A stretch of DNA of 64,000 nt from an uncultured bacterium (GTDB lineage: Bacteria > Acidobacteriota > Thermoanaerobaculia > Multivoradales > JAHZIX01): positions 96,001 through 160,000 of the forward strand of contig CBDUPA010000007.1 in assembly GCA_965368975.1 (NCBI GenBank), written 5' to 3'. Below, piece by piece: positions 54,333-63,386 of the stretch. Numbering within the stretch: the first letter of the stretch is position 1; every line of letters starts with the position of its first letter. The translations under genes and the position numbers were made by a program. Under the pieces are notes generated by a model. It was not told the DNA's origin. It saw only the letters and a program-made list of their open reading frames with translations, and ran no database searches.

Positions 54333-57198
54333 AGGCGCGCTCTCGCGATGGCGTTCAGCGTGCGGACTCGTTGGCTGGATACTGTGTGCGCTGGGCACGT
54401 GGGCCTGTGGCATTGTGCCCGAGACGGCGGACGACTCGTCGGCAAAGGCCCTACGGGTGAGCTACGGTGGTTGCCACGAGGTCCGGATGCCCGGGCCGGT
54501 GTGCAGCCTCGAGCCTCAAGACGCGCTGGCTCTCTGGTTACCGGTGGCGACCACTGCCGAAGTCGAGGTGAACCTCGACGGTCAGCCGTTGGACTCGCAG
54601 CAGGTCTCGACCGAGCGGGTCGGTGACGGCTGGCGCTGGCGGTTGCGCCAAGTGCCGCTACCGGCGCGGTTGGACGTGCGCACCTCGGAGCAGTCCTGGA
54701 CGTTACAGCTCGAGCCGTGGCGGACTCCCGACTGGCTCGCCGCGCTGACGGAGCGGCTGCGGGCGGGTGACTTCGCGGCAGCGCGCGGCCTGCTCGAGGT
54801 GCGGCTAGCCGAGGCTCCCGACGATGGGGCCGCGTTGTCGATGCAAGGGCGCTTCGCGCAGCAGCGAGACGGGGACTTGGAGGCGGCACTCGCCAGCTTC
54901 GATGCCGCCGTCGCCGACCACGGCCGCCGCGGCAAGCGTCTGTCGCAGGTCGTCGACGGGACGCGGGCCGTGTACCTGCTCCTGGAGCTGGGAGAGTACC
55001 GCTTCGCCGAGGCCCGCAGACGGCTGCAAGAGCTCGGTGTCCAGGACCGGGATCCGGCGGAGGCGAGTTACTACCTGGAGTACTACCGAGGTGTCTTGGC
55101 GCAACGGATCGGTGATCTGCGCTCGGCGCTCGAGTTCCTGTCGGCCGCGGCCTCGACGGCCGAGCGTACGGGCTTGCTCGCCGAACAGCGCCTGGCGCAG
55201 CAGGTGCGTGGCAGCGTGCTGGCGGAACTTGGCCGCTCGGAGGACGCCGCGGCCCTGTACGAGCATCTGCAAGAGTCTCCGGAGCCGGACGAGCAGCCGG
55301 CCAAGAGCTGCTTCCGCGTGCAGCAGCTGAACAACCAGGCCTGGGCGTCGTTGCTCACGCTCGAAGCCGGCGGTGTACCACGGCACGCTCCAGAGGCTCT
55401 GCTGCGCCAGGCGCTCGACGATCTGCGGGGTGGTGCCGGCCTGCTGTGCATGGACGCCCAAGCCGAGGAAGCCAACCTGCAGCTCAATCTGGCCCTGGCA
55501 TCTCTGCACCAGGGCGATACCGAGGCGGCACGGCGCAGCCTGGAGACCTATGGGCGGCAAGCCCCGGAAGCCGCCGCGCTGCCTCCGTTGCAGCGGCTGT
55601 GGCACCAGGAGCTGCAGGCCCGGCTGGCGCTCGAAGAAGGGCAGCCGTCCCGCGCTCTGGAACTCTACGACCGACTCGCCGCGGCTGATCCCGCGGCCTT
55701 TCCGGCTGCGCGCTGGCGGGCTCAGGTCGGTCGCGGCCGGGCCTTGCGGGTCTTGGGGCGACCGGGGGACGCGCTGGTGGCACTCGAACAGGCCGAGCGT
55801 CTGCTCGACGCCGAGAGCCTGGGGGTGCCTGTCCACGCCGGCCGAGATACCTTCCTCAGTGGACGTGAAGCGGCGGCGCGCCTGCAAGTGCGGCTATTGC
55901 TCGACGCCGGTCGAATCGACGACGCGCTGGCCACTGCCCGCCGCAACCGGGCTCGATTGCTGCTCGGTCTGCGCTGGGCAGATCGCCTGGCACGCCTGAC
56001 GCCCGCCGAGCAGGCGCGCTGGGATGAGACGCTGGCCGCCTATCAGCGCCAGCGCGCCCAACTGGACGCGGAGGCTGCTGATGACTGGCGGCTGCCGGCC
56101 GATCAGCTGGCCGTGGTGCGAGCGGCCCGCTCTCGCCAGGGGCAGGAGCTGGCCGGTCTGCTCGATCGTGCCCTGTCGGTCTTGGGCACCGCGGCACCGA
56201 CGCTGGCACCCTTGCGTGCGGGGGAACTGGTCCTGCTCTATCACCCGGTGGCCGGGGACCCGCCCAACGCGCAGCGTCGAGAAGGAAGCGACGCCGAGCA
56301 CGGAGACCGCTGGGTCGGCTTCGCGGCGACGCCGGACGGTGTCAGCATCCACTGGCTAGCGGATCCTGGAACGCTGCTGTCTCAGCCGCGGCGACTCGCC
56401 GAGGCTCTGTTCACGCCCGTCGCGGCACAGATCCACGCGGCGCGGCGGGTACGCTTCCTGCCCTACGGGCAACTGCGTGGGGTCGACCTGCACGCTCTGC
56501 CGTTCGACGCAGAGATCCTGCTGGCCGCTGTTCCCGTGACCTACGGTCTCGATCTCGAGGCGGTGAGTGGCGGCCGAGCCGAGTCGGCGCGGGCACTGCT
56601 GGTGGCTGATCCGCTGGAGGACTTGCCGGCCGCCCGGGCCGAAGTTGCGGTGATCGCTGACTTGCTGCGGGCCAGTGAGCCAGGCTGGGAGCTGCGCCGG
56701 CTCGAAGGGGCTGCGGCCGAAGCCGGCACGGTGCGTGCGCTGCTCGAAGAGGTGGCGCTCTTCCACTATGCCGGGCATGGGCGTTTCGCCGGCTGGAGCA
56801 GCGCCCTGCCGCTGGCGGGAGGAGGTCGGCTGACGGTGGGCGACATCCTGGCGTTGCAGCGCGCACCGGCCCAAGTCGTCTTGTCGGGCTGCGAGACCGG
56901 CCGCGCCGCCAGCAGCAGTGCGGTCGAGAGTATCGGACTGGCGCAGGCGTTTCTGGCAGCCGGCAGCCGACGTGTGCTGGCAGCGGTGCGGCCGGTGCGG
57001 GACCGAGCTGCCGCTGATCTGGTGACAGCCTGGTACCGTCGCCGCCCCGACAAAACCTCTCTTGCCGTTTTCGATCCCGCAGCCGGTCCGGCCGCGGTGA
57101 GCGAAGATCCGGCCGCCGTGCTGCGCCGTGTCCAGCTTGCCTGGCGCGCGCGCGAACCTTCGGCGGACTGGGCTAGTTTCCGTCTATTCGAACCGTAG
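54304..57198 (+). CDS. TPR + CHAT caspase-like protease, probably exported
   Basis: Hydrophobic N-terminus with WACG, TPR-like helices, FHYAGHG and LSGCETG dyad, GLAQAFLAAG, WASF; start uncertain. Confidence 0.85.
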   Translation: MSTFGTATHEGALSRWRSACGLVGWILCALGTWACGIVPETADDSSAKALRVSYGGCHEVRMPGPVCSLEPQDALALWLPVATTAEVEVNLDGQPLDSQQVSTERVGDGWRWRLRQVPLPARLDVRTSEQSWTLQLEPWRTPDWLAALTERLRAGDFAAARGLLEVRLAEAPDDGAALSMQGRFAQQRDGDLEAALASFDAAVADHGRRGKRLSQVVDGTRAVYLLLELGEYRFAEARRRLQELGVQDRDPAEASYYLEYYRGVLAQRIGDLRSALEFLSAAASTAERTGLLAEQRLAQQVRGSVLAELGRSEDAAALYEHLQESPEPDEQPAKSCFRVQQLNNQAWASLLTLEAGGVPRHAPEALLRQALDDLRGGAGLLCMDAQAEEANLQLNLALASLHQGDTEAARRSLETYGRQAPEAAALPPLQRLWHQELQARLALEEGQPSRALELYDRLAAADPAAFPAARWRAQVGRGRALRVLGRPGDALVALEQAERLLDAESLGVPVHAGRDTFLSGREAAARLQVRLLLDAGRIDDALATARRNRARLLLGLRWADRLARLTPAEQARWDETLAAYQRQRAQLDAEAADDWRLPADQLAVVRAARSRQGQELAGLLDRALSVLGTAAPTLAPLRAGELVLLYHPVAGDPPNAQRREGSDAEHGDRWVGFAATPDGVSIHWLADPGTLLSQPRRLAEALFTPVAAQIHAARRVRFLPYGQLRGVDLHALPFDAEILLAAVPVTYGLDLEAVSGGRAESARALLVADPLEDLPAARAEVAVIADLLRASEPGWELRRLEGAAAEAGTVRALLEEVALFHYAGHGRFAGWSSALPLAGGGRLTVGDILALQRAPAQVVLSGCETGRAASSSAVESIGLAQAFLAAGSRRVLAAVRPVRDRAAADLVTAWYRRRPDKTSLAVFDPAAGPAAVSEDPAAVLRRVQLAWRAREPSADWASFRLFEP

Positions 57199-57218
57199 GT
57201 TCCGTTCACCAAGGAGGT

Positions 57219-59354
57219 ATGTCGATGCGATCGAATGTCCACTCTACGCAGTCCGCTGGGCGCGGCAGGTTGCGCTCTTGCGTGGGACTCGCTGCGCTGG
57301 GTCTGGTTCTGGGCTGCGCTCAGACCGGCAACGTCGTCGCTGGCCCCGCACACGCTGCCCCCGCACACGCTGCCCCCGCACACGCTGCCCCCCCAGCTAG
57401 TGCCGTTCCCGGAGACTCTGGCGGGCAGCCGGCGGCGCCGCAGGCTCAAGCCCCGACCCTCGACCCGCAGGCCGCGTGCGCCAACTGGCGCTGGATCGGT
57501 GTGCAGGAAGATTCCGCCAGCTCGTGTCCGCCACCGCGGTTGGCCAACTGGACATCGCGCGATCTGTTCTCGCCCGATCTCACCGACAAGACCACCACCG
57601 GCAGGCTGCAGCGGACGCTGGCGCCGTTCTGCGTCTACGAGTCGCGCGGAGCTGTCGACGATGTTTCCGCGCGCGACATCGTCGACCTGGGGCAGTTCGA
57701 GAGTTTCGATCGGGACTGTCTCGGCCTGTCGTCCAGTGCCGCTCCCACGGTCGCCGGCCAGATGTGGAAGGATCTGCGAGAGCGTTTCAGCGATCAGGTT
57801 GGCGAGGTCGATCTGCCCAAGCCGGAACGGGCGCGCGTCCGGCAGCCGGTCCGGCTCGCTCTGCTCGACACCGCCGCCACGCGCCAAGAGTCCGGCCGCG
57901 ACCATCCAGCGGATCATCCCGGCAACTCGCCGCACGGGTATACCCTGGCCAATCTGGCTCGTGACCTGGTGGACGAGAACGTACGCATCACCACCCGGTT
58001 GGCCTTGCCTTGGGTGCGCTTCGATGCCAACGATCCGTCGCGGTCCGTGCGCGACGAGGTCAACGGCGGTCACGCCGGCTTGCTCAGCGATCTGGCGACG
58101 GCGATTCTCGGCGAAGTCGCCGACTGGCAGCGGGACGATCCCGAGCGTCGGCTGGTGATCAACCTGAGCTTGGGCTGGGATCCGGACCTCTACGGTGGTG
58201 TTCTCACGGGCGATGCAAAGCGGGGGGAGGCGGCCAAGGAGCCCGCGTCGGTACGCGCGGTGCGCACCGCCCTCGAGATCGCGGCGGCACACGGTGCGGT
58301 GATCGTTGCGGCGTCCGGCAATCTGCTCGGCCTGCCGTCCGACGACCAGGACGCACTGCTACCGGCCGCCTGGGAACGCCTCACGGCTCCGTCGACCGCG
58401 CGTTGTGAACAGCTTCTTGGAGCTGGCGCGACGGTGTGCCAACGGCTCGAGGACGAGCGGACCTCGAGCCGCGAGACGCGGGCCTATCGACCGTTGCTGC
58501 ACGCCGCGGGCGGTCTGCATGGTCACGGCGGCACGATCGCCAACGCCCGTCCCGGCAGCCTGCCGCGGCTGATGGCCTATGCTGCCGGCGCTGTCACCGT
58601 CGATGGCGGCGGCCGTCCTACCACCACTTTGGTCGGCAGCTCGGTCGCGGCGTTGATCGTATCCTCGACCGTCGCCGCGGTCTGGTCGTTGGACCCCAAG
58701 CTGTCCGGCCACCGGGCCGTCCAGTGGACCTACGAGAGTGGTCGCGGCCTGGGAGAGGCTGCCGAACTCCACCTCGGGGCGACAGCGCCCGAGCGCAACC
58801 GCATCGAGTTGTGCGCGGCGCTGCGGGCCGCTTGCAGCCGGGGGCTGTGCGAGCCGCCGGTCTGTCGTGAACGGCCACGCCGGCTGCCGCCGCCGGAGGT
58901 TACCTTGGCCGAGCACCTGAGCCATGCCGGGCCTATGGCGACTCCCGTCTTGCCCGTGCCGGCGGAATGTGGCGCCAACTACAAGTTGTTCCACAACGGT
59001 AGCGGTCCGCCGATGTGGATGTGCCCGTTCGCGCAGTTGCCCGGGGTCGCCCATCACACGGTGGTTGGGCCACAGCCGCAGTCGACACCGTGTCCGAACT
59101 GCAGCCTGATCCCCGATCCCACCGGCAATCGCCTGCTGATCGAGGTCGATCCCAGCTTTGGTGCCTCGGTGAGCCAGCCCGTGCTGCACATCAACGGTAT
59201 CTCGCTGGCGCTGCCGGTCGCGACGCTGGGTCCCGGCGAGTGTGCCGAGGTCACTGACCTGCCGACGCCCAACAATGGCGAAGCCGTGAGCATCACCTTC
59301 ATGGTGGGCCATGACGACGGGGCAGCGCACAGTCCCGTGATGGTGCTTCCCTGA
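57219..59354 (+). CDS. Divergent Cys-rich S8 subtilase-like lipoprotein
   Basis: VLGC lipobox; LLDTA (Asp), SPHG (His), VINLSLG, AASGN, GSSVAA (Ser); PAHAA x3 repeat. Confidence 0.72.
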   Translation: MSMRSNVHSTQSAGRGRLRSCVGLAALGLVLGCAQTGNVVAGPAHAAPAHAAPAHAAPPASAVPGDSGGQPAAPQAQAPTLDPQAACANWRWIGVQEDSASSCPPPRLANWTSRDLFSPDLTDKTTTGRLQRTLAPFCVYESRGAVDDVSARDIVDLGQFESFDRDCLGLSSSAAPTVAGQMWKDLRERFSDQVGEVDLPKPERARVRQPVRLALLDTAATRQESGRDHPADHPGNSPHGYTLANLARDLVDENVRITTRLALPWVRFDANDPSRSVRDEVNGGHAGLLSDLATAILGEVADWQRDDPERRLVINLSLGWDPDLYGGVLTGDAKRGEAAKEPASVRAVRTALEIAAAHGAVIVAASGNLLGLPSDDQDALLPAAWERLTAPSTARCEQLLGAGATVCQRLEDERTSSRETRAYRPLLHAAGGLHGHGGTIANARPGSLPRLMAYAAGAVTVDGGGRPTTTLVGSSVAALIVSSTVAAVWSLDPKLSGHRAVQWTYESGRGLGEAAELHLGATAPERNRIELCAALRAACSRGLCEPPVCRERPRRLPPPEVTLAEHLSHAGPMATPVLPVPAECGANYKLFHNGSGPPMWMCPFAQLPGVAHHTVVGPQPQSTPCPNCSLIPDPTGNRLLIEVDPSFGASVSQPVLHINGISLALPVATLGPGECAEVTDLPTPNNGEAVSITFMVGHDDGAAHSPVMVLP

Positions 59355-59451
59355 GTCCTGGCACTGTCCTGAAGAGGGCAGCCTGATTCTGAGAAGACTG
59401 GCGGCGTGAAGTGGTTTCTTCGCGCCGCCGTCCTGTGTCCAAGAAGGTGAG

Positions 59452-60093
59452 ATGCATGCGATGACTCTTCGATCCGTTCCCGATGCAAGCGCCGATCCGG
59501 CGCCGTCCGGGCTTTCCTCGGAGCTGGATCTGGTCGAAGAGCGCCGTTTGCTGACGGCGGTGGGAGCTGGTGACCGCGACGCTGCCGAGCGGTTGGTGCA
59601 GGCCACGTACGGCACCATCTACGCTGCTCTGGTGCGCATGTGCGGTAATCCCGACACCGCCGCTGACCTGACCCAGGACACCTACCGCAGGGCCTGGAAG
59701 GCGCTAGACGGGTTCGAAGGGCGCAGCCGCTTTTCCACCTGGCTGTACCGCATTGCCTACACCACGTTCCTCAACCACGTTCGCCGACCACGCCGCTTGC
59801 TGCCGATGGAGGAGGGGATCGACCCCGAGGATCCGTCGCCGGGGCCGGAGGCACGCGCCGGTGACGACGCACGCACTCGTCGGCTGCGGCGTGCGGTGCT
59901 CGCCTTGCCCGACGAAGAACGCTACCTGGTCAGCGCGCACTTCTGGGGCGAGCGGACCCTGACCTCGCTGGCGCAGCAGGCCGGGATCACGCCTCCGGGG
60001 CTGCGCAAGCGTCTGCACAAGGCGCTAGGCCGTTTGGCGGTGATGTTGGAAGACGAATCAGATCTGCTGTCGCTGAAGGAGGAGGGGCCATGA
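59452..60093 (+). CDS. ECF sigma-70 factor
   Basis: GDRDAAERL, AADLTQDTY, FSTWLYRIA, region 4 HTH. Confidence 0.9.
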   Translation: MHAMTLRSVPDASADPAPSGLSSELDLVEERRLLTAVGAGDRDAAERLVQATYGTIYAALVRMCGNPDTAADLTQDTYRRAWKALDGFEGRSRFSTWLYRIAYTTFLNHVRRPRRLLPMEEGIDPEDPSPGPEARAGDDARTRRLRRAVLALPDEERYLVSAHFWGERTLTSLAQQAGITPPGLRKRLHKALGRLAVMLEDESDLLSLKEEGP

Positions 60094-61505
60094 ACCGTCC
60101 CGAACTCGAAACCACCGAAGAACAGCTGCGGCAGGAACTGCGACACATGCCCGCGCCGCCGCCACCACCTGATCTTCTGGCTCGGCTGCATGCCGACATC
60201 CCCGAGGAGCTGCCGCGGGTCGCTCTGCCGATTCTCGACGAGCGGCTACGTCGCGACGATCCGCCGAGGACCGAGTCGCCGCTGGTGGACCCTCCGGCTC
60301 CGGACAATGTCGTCGCTGGCCCTTGGTATCGCAACCGGACCATGTGGGCTGCCGCCTCCATCGTGCTGACCGTCAGCGCTGGCTTGTGGATGTGGCGTCT
60401 GGCCGAGAAGGGACAGCTGGAAACGCTGCCACAGACGTCGGTGCCAGCTGCTCAGGAAGCCGCGTCGCCGATGGCGCCGGAGATGACGAGAGGATCCCTG
60501 CCCCAGGAGTCGACCCTCGAGTCACGCCTCAGGACTCGGCAGGCGTCGATGGCTTCGGCCGACCAGATCGAAGCTGCGAATGCAGAGTCGGTGGACAAAC
60601 AGCGGGTTTCGGCGGAGAGTCCGGTAGCCGAGTCCGCCGACGACATCCGGCTCGATGCACCCGCTAGCGGGCCGGTCGAGAAGGACCAAGAGGCAGAGCC
60701 ATTCGTCGACGAGGACGTGGCTGAGCAGAGTTTCCTTGGTCATCTCGCCAGTGAAGAGCTTGCCAGGGAAGAGCTTGCCAGTGAAGAGATAGCCAGTGAA
60801 GAGACTGCCAGTGAGAGATTCGATGCTGGTCAGGTGGGGTCGATACTCGCCCCGCCGGCCCCGGTCTCACCGCCAACAGCACCGGCGCCCTCCGCCAAGG
60901 TGATGGAATTGGAAGAGGTGCGCGCTGGTGTGCTGGAGGTCGCCGAAACGTCCCCCGAAGACCGCCGTTCCACGCCGGAGAATCCCGTCCGCCTGGAAGA
61001 GCCCGACACCGCCAAGCGGGAGCGAAGCTCCGCGAGTGGTCGAGACGGGATGCGCCGTCTCGACGAAGGGTTTGCCAGCGAACCGAGCGCCACAGCGGGA
61101 ACCACACGCGAAGCCGAGCGGGCTCCACGACGGCCGACCTCGCGCATCCAGGGCCACTACGGCACTCGGGCCACGCGGCCGCCCCTGCTCGGTATCCGTG
61201 CCGCGCTCGACGCCGGAACCTGGCCGGTGGAGGCCTGGCTGGAAGATCTGGTCGTGACGGTCTGTGCCGGAGTGGAGCGGTCCGCCCGGGTTGAACTGGA
61301 AGGCATCACTTGGGACCTGGTCGATCTGCTGCGCGCCGGCCGCCAGGGGAGCGCCACTCTCGAGCAGGTCGATGCGCTCGACGCCCGCCTCGGCGCCTGG
61401 ATCGAGCAGCAGAAGCCCTCTGCACCGCACTCGACCGCGGTGCAAGTGCGCAGCTGGCTACCCAAGATCCGGGCACTGATCGAAGCACCGGCGACGTCAC
61501 CCTGA
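60090..61505 (+). CDS. Putative anti-sigma factor with TM and long acidic linker
   Basis: ATGA-coupled to the sigma gene; PPPDLLARL, WAAASIVL TM helix, LASEE-type repeats. Confidence 0.65.
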   Translation: MNRPELETTEEQLRQELRHMPAPPPPPDLLARLHADIPEELPRVALPILDERLRRDDPPRTESPLVDPPAPDNVVAGPWYRNRTMWAAASIVLTVSAGLWMWRLAEKGQLETLPQTSVPAAQEAASPMAPEMTRGSLPQESTLESRLRTRQASMASADQIEAANAESVDKQRVSAESPVAESADDIRLDAPASGPVEKDQEAEPFVDEDVAEQSFLGHLASEELAREELASEEIASEETASERFDAGQVGSILAPPAPVSPPTAPAPSAKVMELEEVRAGVLEVAETSPEDRRSTPENPVRLEEPDTAKRERSSASGRDGMRRLDEGFASEPSATAGTTREAERAPRRPTSRIQGHYGTRATRPPLLGIRAALDAGTWPVEAWLEDLVVTVCAGVERSARVELEGITWDLVDLLRAGRQGSATLEQVDALDARLGAWIEQQKPSAPHSTAVQVRSWLPKIRALIEAPATSP

Positions 61506-61523
61506 GACGTCAATTCTGAAGGC

Positions 61524-61557
61524 GGCACCAGGCGCCGGTATCGCAGCGCCTGATGCC
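61524..61557. terminator. Hairpin between convergent genes
   Basis: GGCACCAGGCGC...GCGCCTGATGCC. Confidence 0.5.
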
Positions 61558-61599
61558 ACTTGAGGCCGAGTGTTCCGGGTCGAGACTCGGACCTGGAGT

Positions 61600-61764
61600 C
61601 TAGACCTCACCCTCACACAGGCGCGGGTCGACCAGGCTCGGTCCGCAATACGGGCTGTTCGGTTCGACCGCGCCGCCCCCCTCGGCCTGGTTCAGCGTGT
61701 CGCGGTTCAGCTGCCGCAGGGTCTCCTTGGTCAGGCGCAAACGCCGGGTGTGTTTCTTCTTCAT
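61600..61764 (-). CDS. Putative RiPP precursor with double-Gly leader (54 aa)
   Basis: RBS GGAGG; MKKKHTRRLRLTKETLRQLNRDTLNQAEGG-GAVEPNSPYCGPSLVDPRLCEGEV. Confidence 0.78.
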   Translation of the reverse strand: MKKKHTRRLRLTKETLRQLNRDTLNQAEGGGAVEPNSPYCGPSLVDPRLCEGEV

Positions 61765-61848
61765 TGCTTCCTCCTTTGTCGGACAGGTGATGAGGTGAGG
61801 GGCTGTCCTGTTGTCGTCCCAGTATACGGAGACTGGGCAGCACGGTGA

Positions 61849-61900
61849 GATGTCCGGGACATCTAGGGGTAGTCCCGGACATCCGGGAGATGTCCGGGAC
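61849..61900. promoter_or_regulatory. Three copies of GATGTCCGGGAC (direct, inverted, direct): putative operator array
   Basis: 61849-61860 (+), 61872-61883 (reverse complement), 61889-61900 (+), in a divergent intergenic region. Confidence 0.55.
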
Positions 61901-62066
61901 AGGTTGCGCGGGTACCGTTGGCTCGTCCTGGTCTCTTCCTTAAGATGTTTTTCCCCAGTAGTTTGCGTCATGTCTGTCGGCCTGGCACCGGCCTTGCTCT
62001 ACCTCGTCACTGAGTCCGTCTCCGTACGACGGCTTCGCGTGACCACGACAAGGAGGACAGAGCATC

Positions 62067-63305
62067 ATGGCAACCAAGCCGCAGCTGAAGTTACAACTCT
62101 CCCCGTTGACCGGCGAGGGTTTCCCGACCCGCGACGACAAGGTATTTCGCTCTTTGCTCCAGCAGGCGACCTCGGGTGGCGCGGGCACGGCGAACTACTT
62201 GGGACACATGCAGAAGTTCGCCGACTTCGCGAGCTACCTGAACCGAGTCGGCGACGCGGCCTTCACCTACGAAGAGGGCCCCAAAGGTAGCCACCAGTCG
62301 CGCGCCACGGACGGTGTGACGACGCTGCGCATCAACGTGCAGCTGCACGAGGAAGCCCGGCTACAGGAGACATTCCAGGCGGCCAAGACGGCGCCGCAAC
62401 AGGGGCCGCTGGTCTTCGGCGTGGCCACGGTCAGCTTGCGGCTGCCGTCGCCGGAATCCATCGACAAGATCGTCAACTTGGCCATCGGCCTGGCCGAGAT
62501 TCCAGCCGGCATCGCGGTCGGCAAGGCGCTGCTCGACGTGCTGATCAAGCCGCTGGTGCAGAAGATCTCCCGCTTCCTCAAGAGCGCGCTCGACAAGTGG
62601 GCCGACACCGAACTGGGCGACGATCTCGATGCCGCGGGGGAGGCCCTGGAGGAAGGTGCGTCCGAGGCGGCCGAGGAGATCGGCGAAGAGGCCGTGGAAG
62701 TGGCGGTCGAAGAGGTGGCGGCCGAAGTCGTCCTGGATCTGGCCGCCGCCGTGCCACCGCTGGCGATTCTAGGGGCGCTGATCGCCATCCCGTTGCTCAT
62801 CCGCTTCCTGGAAAAGAAGTTCATCCTGCACCTGGAGGTCGACAACCTGACGGACTACGACCTCGACTGGTCCATCCCCTACATGGACGAGGGCACCATG
62901 ACCGCGCAGCCGAAGGCGAAGCGCATCCCCAAGGTCGGCAAGGCGCGGGACGTCTGGGGCGACGAGACGAACGTGCCGGTGGTCTACCAGGGCAACTACG
63001 CCTCGATGAACAAGAGCGGCTTCTCCGGCATCGGCCTGCTGCTGCACCTGCGCCCCCAAAGCGCCGGCGCCGAGACGGAGGTCGCCGCCGTCATCTCGAT
63101 CCCGTGGTCGGCCGACAACACCCTCTGGCTGGGCGACGTGCCCGCGCATCCGGACTGGCGGGCGATCTACCAGCAGGGAGCGGGTGCCGAGAGTCGGCTC
63201 GCCGTTCAGCACAGCAATGCCCAGTTCAACGTCGAGCTGGCGATCAACGCTCTCGTCGGCCATCACGACGAGTACTCCTGCATCCTCAAAATCGAAGCCT
63301 TCTGA
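62067..63305 (+). CDS. Hypothetical protein, possible pore-forming toxin-like
   Basis: RBS AAGGAGG; central amphipathic, acidic and hydrophobic helices; beta-rich C-terminus (DNLTDYDL...ISIPWSADN). Confidence 0.6.
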   Translation: MATKPQLKLQLSPLTGEGFPTRDDKVFRSLLQQATSGGAGTANYLGHMQKFADFASYLNRVGDAAFTYEEGPKGSHQSRATDGVTTLRINVQLHEEARLQETFQAAKTAPQQGPLVFGVATVSLRLPSPESIDKIVNLAIGLAEIPAGIAVGKALLDVLIKPLVQKISRFLKSALDKWADTELGDDLDAAGEALEEGASEAAEEIGEEAVEVAVEEVAAEVVLDLAAAVPPLAILGALIAIPLLIRFLEKKFILHLEVDNLTDYDLDWSIPYMDEGTMTAQPKAKRIPKVGKARDVWGDETNVPVVYQGNYASMNKSGFSGIGLLLHLRPQSAGAETEVAAVISIPWSADNTLWLGDVPAHPDWRAIYQQGAGAESRLAVQHSNAQFNVELAINALVGHHDEYSCILKIEAF

Positions 63306-63386
63306 AGTCACGGGTCGTTGCCGTTACGGGGTCTGCCGCGCGTACAGCAAGTTTCCCACCATCCACATCCAAGAATGGAGTCAACC

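Noticed and set aside
54304-57198. TPR-CHAT as part of a type III-E CRISPR (Craspase) locus
   Set aside because: No Cas7-11, cas1/2 or array in the window, and the protein appears exported
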